Assembly (NCBI GenBank): GCA_950097015.1
Contig: CATNEN010000026.1
Coordinates: 1,116,001-1,180,000, forward strand
Direction: 5' to 3'
Length of the DNA stretch: 64,000 nucleotides
From: Macrostomum hystrix
Taxonomy: Eukaryota > Animalia > Platyhelminthes
Part shown: piece by piece, positions 61,334-64,000 of the stretch
How the letters are laid out: the number at the start of each line of letters is the position of its first letter
Numbering within the stretch: position 1 is the first letter of the stretch
Notes under the pieces: generated by a model
Database searches by the model: none
The model's input: the letters and a program-made list of their open reading frames with translations, nothing else
Told to the model about the DNA's origin: nothing
Made by a program: the position numbers and the translations under genes

Positions 61334-64000
61334 ATGATTGAAATAGACGATAGCAATGCAGTGCAAATTCGCCGATGTGACGCCAGCTTCGATCAGTGCA
61401 TCGAGGACCTGAAGCCATTTATTCTATGCCTAGCAACGCGCCAGGAGAAGCAGCTCTGCAGCGACTGGGTGCGCCGTCTGTGCGAGGTGAGCGCCGACAG
61501 CCTGGCTGAAAAGCAGCGGCGCAAAGCCTACGCCGATAGCCTGTTCGCCATGCTGCGCGAGGGCCGCCTGACTGCGCCGTTCAACGCCGGCCCGCCCGAG
61601 TCTCCTGGTCTGCCATCGACAATGCCGCCGAGTGTAGCCTCGTCGGCCGCAGCAGCTGCTGCAAGTGCAGCTGCCTCAGAATATTTCTGGCAAGCTTCGC
61701 CCGGCTCCGTATCGTCTGGTACCAATCAAACAGTGACGACATCCTCGCATGCCATGAAATTTCCGGAAAATCTGACGTCACCTCAACTAATTACGTCATC
61801 ATCAACAATGACGTCATCACAGACGCCATCGACTCGCTGGACAAGCAACGGCATCGATTATAACGATGTTGGGCGGGTCAAGACCTCTACACAGCAGGCA
61901 CCTTCATCGGGCGACTCGTCAGCGTTGACATCAGCAACGGCCGCCTTGGAGCGTGCTCGTGCTGAGGCTGCTGACTATCGATCGCGCCTGTCGACCTGTC
62001 AGCGCCGCTGTGACGAGCTGTCGGACGAGCTGGCCGAACTGGCCGAACGTCGCGAATGCGAGTCTACTGAGGCGTCCGCCTCGGCCGAGTTGCGCATTCG
62101 CGAGGCTCAGCTGCTCGGCGAACGGCGCGTTCAGCAGTTGGAGTCGGAGCGGGACGCTCTAGTTGCTAAGCAACGCCAGCAGCTTCAGTCGGTTATAGAC
62201 GAGACGCGGCAGAGTCTTCAGGAGGCGGAGACGCGGCACAGTGAGCAGGTATTTTTCATCAAACTTATCAGTCTATAACAGTAGGTGGGAAACGAGGTTC
62301 ACGAAGTGCGTCTGCACTGCTTTGATTAATATCATTCTTGCCACACACAGGTCGCGGAACTGCAGCGATCGCTGGCTCAGCTACGCGAAGACTTGGCCGG
62401 AACAAGCGAAGCAGCCGCCGAAGCAGCAGCCGCAGCGACAAAAGAACGCCGTTCACTGGAGGCTCGACTTGAACGCTCGGAATCTGAGCGTGAGAGACTA
62501 GAAACTGAGTATCAGCAGTGCCTAGCAGAGCACGAGTCTGAGTTAGGCGCACTGCGCTCAAAACACGAGGCCGCTCTTGCGTTCGCTCGACATGAGGCCC
62601 GCCTCGAGGCCGAGCGAAGCGCCGAACTGCTGACTGATCAGCGCGACCAGCTGGCCGAACTGAGGCGCGCTCTATCGGCGTCCGAGTCAGCGCGCCTTCG
62701 CGAAGCGCGCGAAGCCGAATCGCGACTCGAGTCGGAGCGCGCCGCCGAACGAGAACGCGCCGAAGCGCGCAGCGTTGAAGCAAATCGGCGCACGACAGAT
62801 GAGTTGACGCGACGAGCCGAAGCAATCCGACGGCTCGAGGAGGCCCTTGCCGAGTCGGAGCGCCGAGTTGAACGGGCGAACGCGGAGGCGGCTCAGTCTG
62901 CTGAGTCAGCTGCGGCGGAGATGCGTCGCCAATGCGAGCGTCAGCTGGGCGACCTGCGACGCCGGGCGGAAGCGGCTGACGCTGATTTGGAATCGGCTGG
63001 GCAGCTGCGCGAGCGTCAGGCGCAGGAGTTCAAGGCCCGCCTGGAAGCGGCACGTGCCGAGGCTGACGAGCGTCTTCGACAGTCGGAGGCCGATTCGAAG
63101 CGACGTGCAGCTGAGGCCCGGTCTGAGTGGGACCGGACGGCGCGACGAATGCGGGAGGAGGCTCAGGCAGCGGCCAACGCGGCAAAGGAGCGACTCGCAG
63201 CGGCTGAGGCTGCAGCAGCGAAGCGCTCGGAGGAGGCAGCCGAAGAGGCGGCTGGCCTTCGCCGGGAGGTGAAGCGGCTTAAAGCGGAGCTATTGTCCGA
63301 GCGTCAGGCCCGTCAGCAGCAGCTGCTGGAGCTGGGTCTGCTTAGGCAGGAAGAGACCGCCCGGCTGCAGCGACAGATGGAGCAGCAGGTGGGCAAATAG
63401 AAGCTTTAGCTTAGTTTGGTATTTACCAGTGTGCAATTCTATTCACACACGGTGTATAGAAGCCGCGGATGTAAAATGTTAAATATGCAGCTAAATACCG
63501 CTTGTTCAAAGACCAATAAAGCGTTGAGATAAAATTAAATGCTCAAAATTCGAAGTAACACTTACGGTCAAAGTAACATTTAAGGTCAAAGTAACATTTA
63601 AGGTCAAAAAAAATTCTTGACGAAAAACCCTTATACATTGTAGGCAGCTGATGCTCGCGTCGAAGCTGAAGCCGAGCGCGTCCGTCTGGCTCGCGAAGCC
63701 TCTGAGTCAGCGGAGCGCGCTCTGCGCGCCACAGACGCCCGTCTGGCCGAGCTGGAGGCCGATTGGCGTCGGCGAGTCGAACAGGCGGCTGCCGGACTGT
63801 CCGAAGCGCGCGCCGAGGCCGACGAATTGCGAGCCGAACGTCGCCGCCTACTTGCGGCGCTGGCCAGCGGCACCGAGGCGGCCGAGAACGCGCTGGCCGC
63901 TGAGCGGAGCCGCTGCGAGCAGCGCCGCCGTCGACTGGCCGAGAAACTCAGCATCAGGCTGGAGACGGAGCGTCAGGCGCGTCGCCTCGCTGAGGAACGG
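61334..64000 (+). CDS. CEP112: Centrosomal protein 112-like (DUF4485 N-terminus plus long coiled coil), partial
   Basis: The N-terminus FDQCIEDLKPFIL...EKQLCSDWVRRLCE...RRKAYADSLFAMLREGRLTAPF matches the CEP112 N-terminus as I recall it. Exons 61334-62248, 62351-63388 and 63644-end, all phase 0 GT-AG. Head-to-head with ARHGAP39. Confidence 0.88.

Noticed and set aside
61528-63954. Minus-strand and alternate-frame ORFs over CEP112; similar shadow ORFs over the Rab, GPCR and ARHGAP39 exons
   Set aside because: Shadow ORFs expected from GC-rich coding sequence.

Overview
Eukaryotic (metazoan) genomic DNA with GT-AG introns, GC3-rich exons with poly-Ala/Gln tracts and about 30 minisatellite/microsatellite arrays that mostly fill introns. 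The style resembles the flatworm Macrostomum lignano (inference only). Most long ORFs in the track are artefacts of tandem repeats. Genes assembled by hand with phase-consistent splice sites: a GRAM-domain gene (-), a two-exon orphan (-), a 7TM rhodopsin-type GPCR (-), a Ly6/three-finger quiver-like GPI protein (+), a 10-exon EF-hand/coiled-coil/Rab giant GTPase of the RASEF/CRACR2A type (-, one predicted GC-AG intron), an orphan 4TM protein (-), a CD225/dispanin protein (-), ARHGAP39 (WW-MyTH4-RhoGAP, -) and CEP112 (+, runs off the window). Mobile DNA: a hAT-type MITE with perfect TIRs and 8-bp TSD plus an older copy, and two tRNA-derived SINE-like families. The two most interesting items are tiny secreted-peptide genes. 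One is a cationic amphipathic antimicrobial-peptide-like precursor nested antisense in the Rab-domain intron (28278-28508). The other is a 38-codon ORF absent from the track (15782-15898), predicting an amidated two-disulfide 16-mer and lying tail-to-tail with the GPCR. Repeat boundaries are approximate and no database searches could be run.
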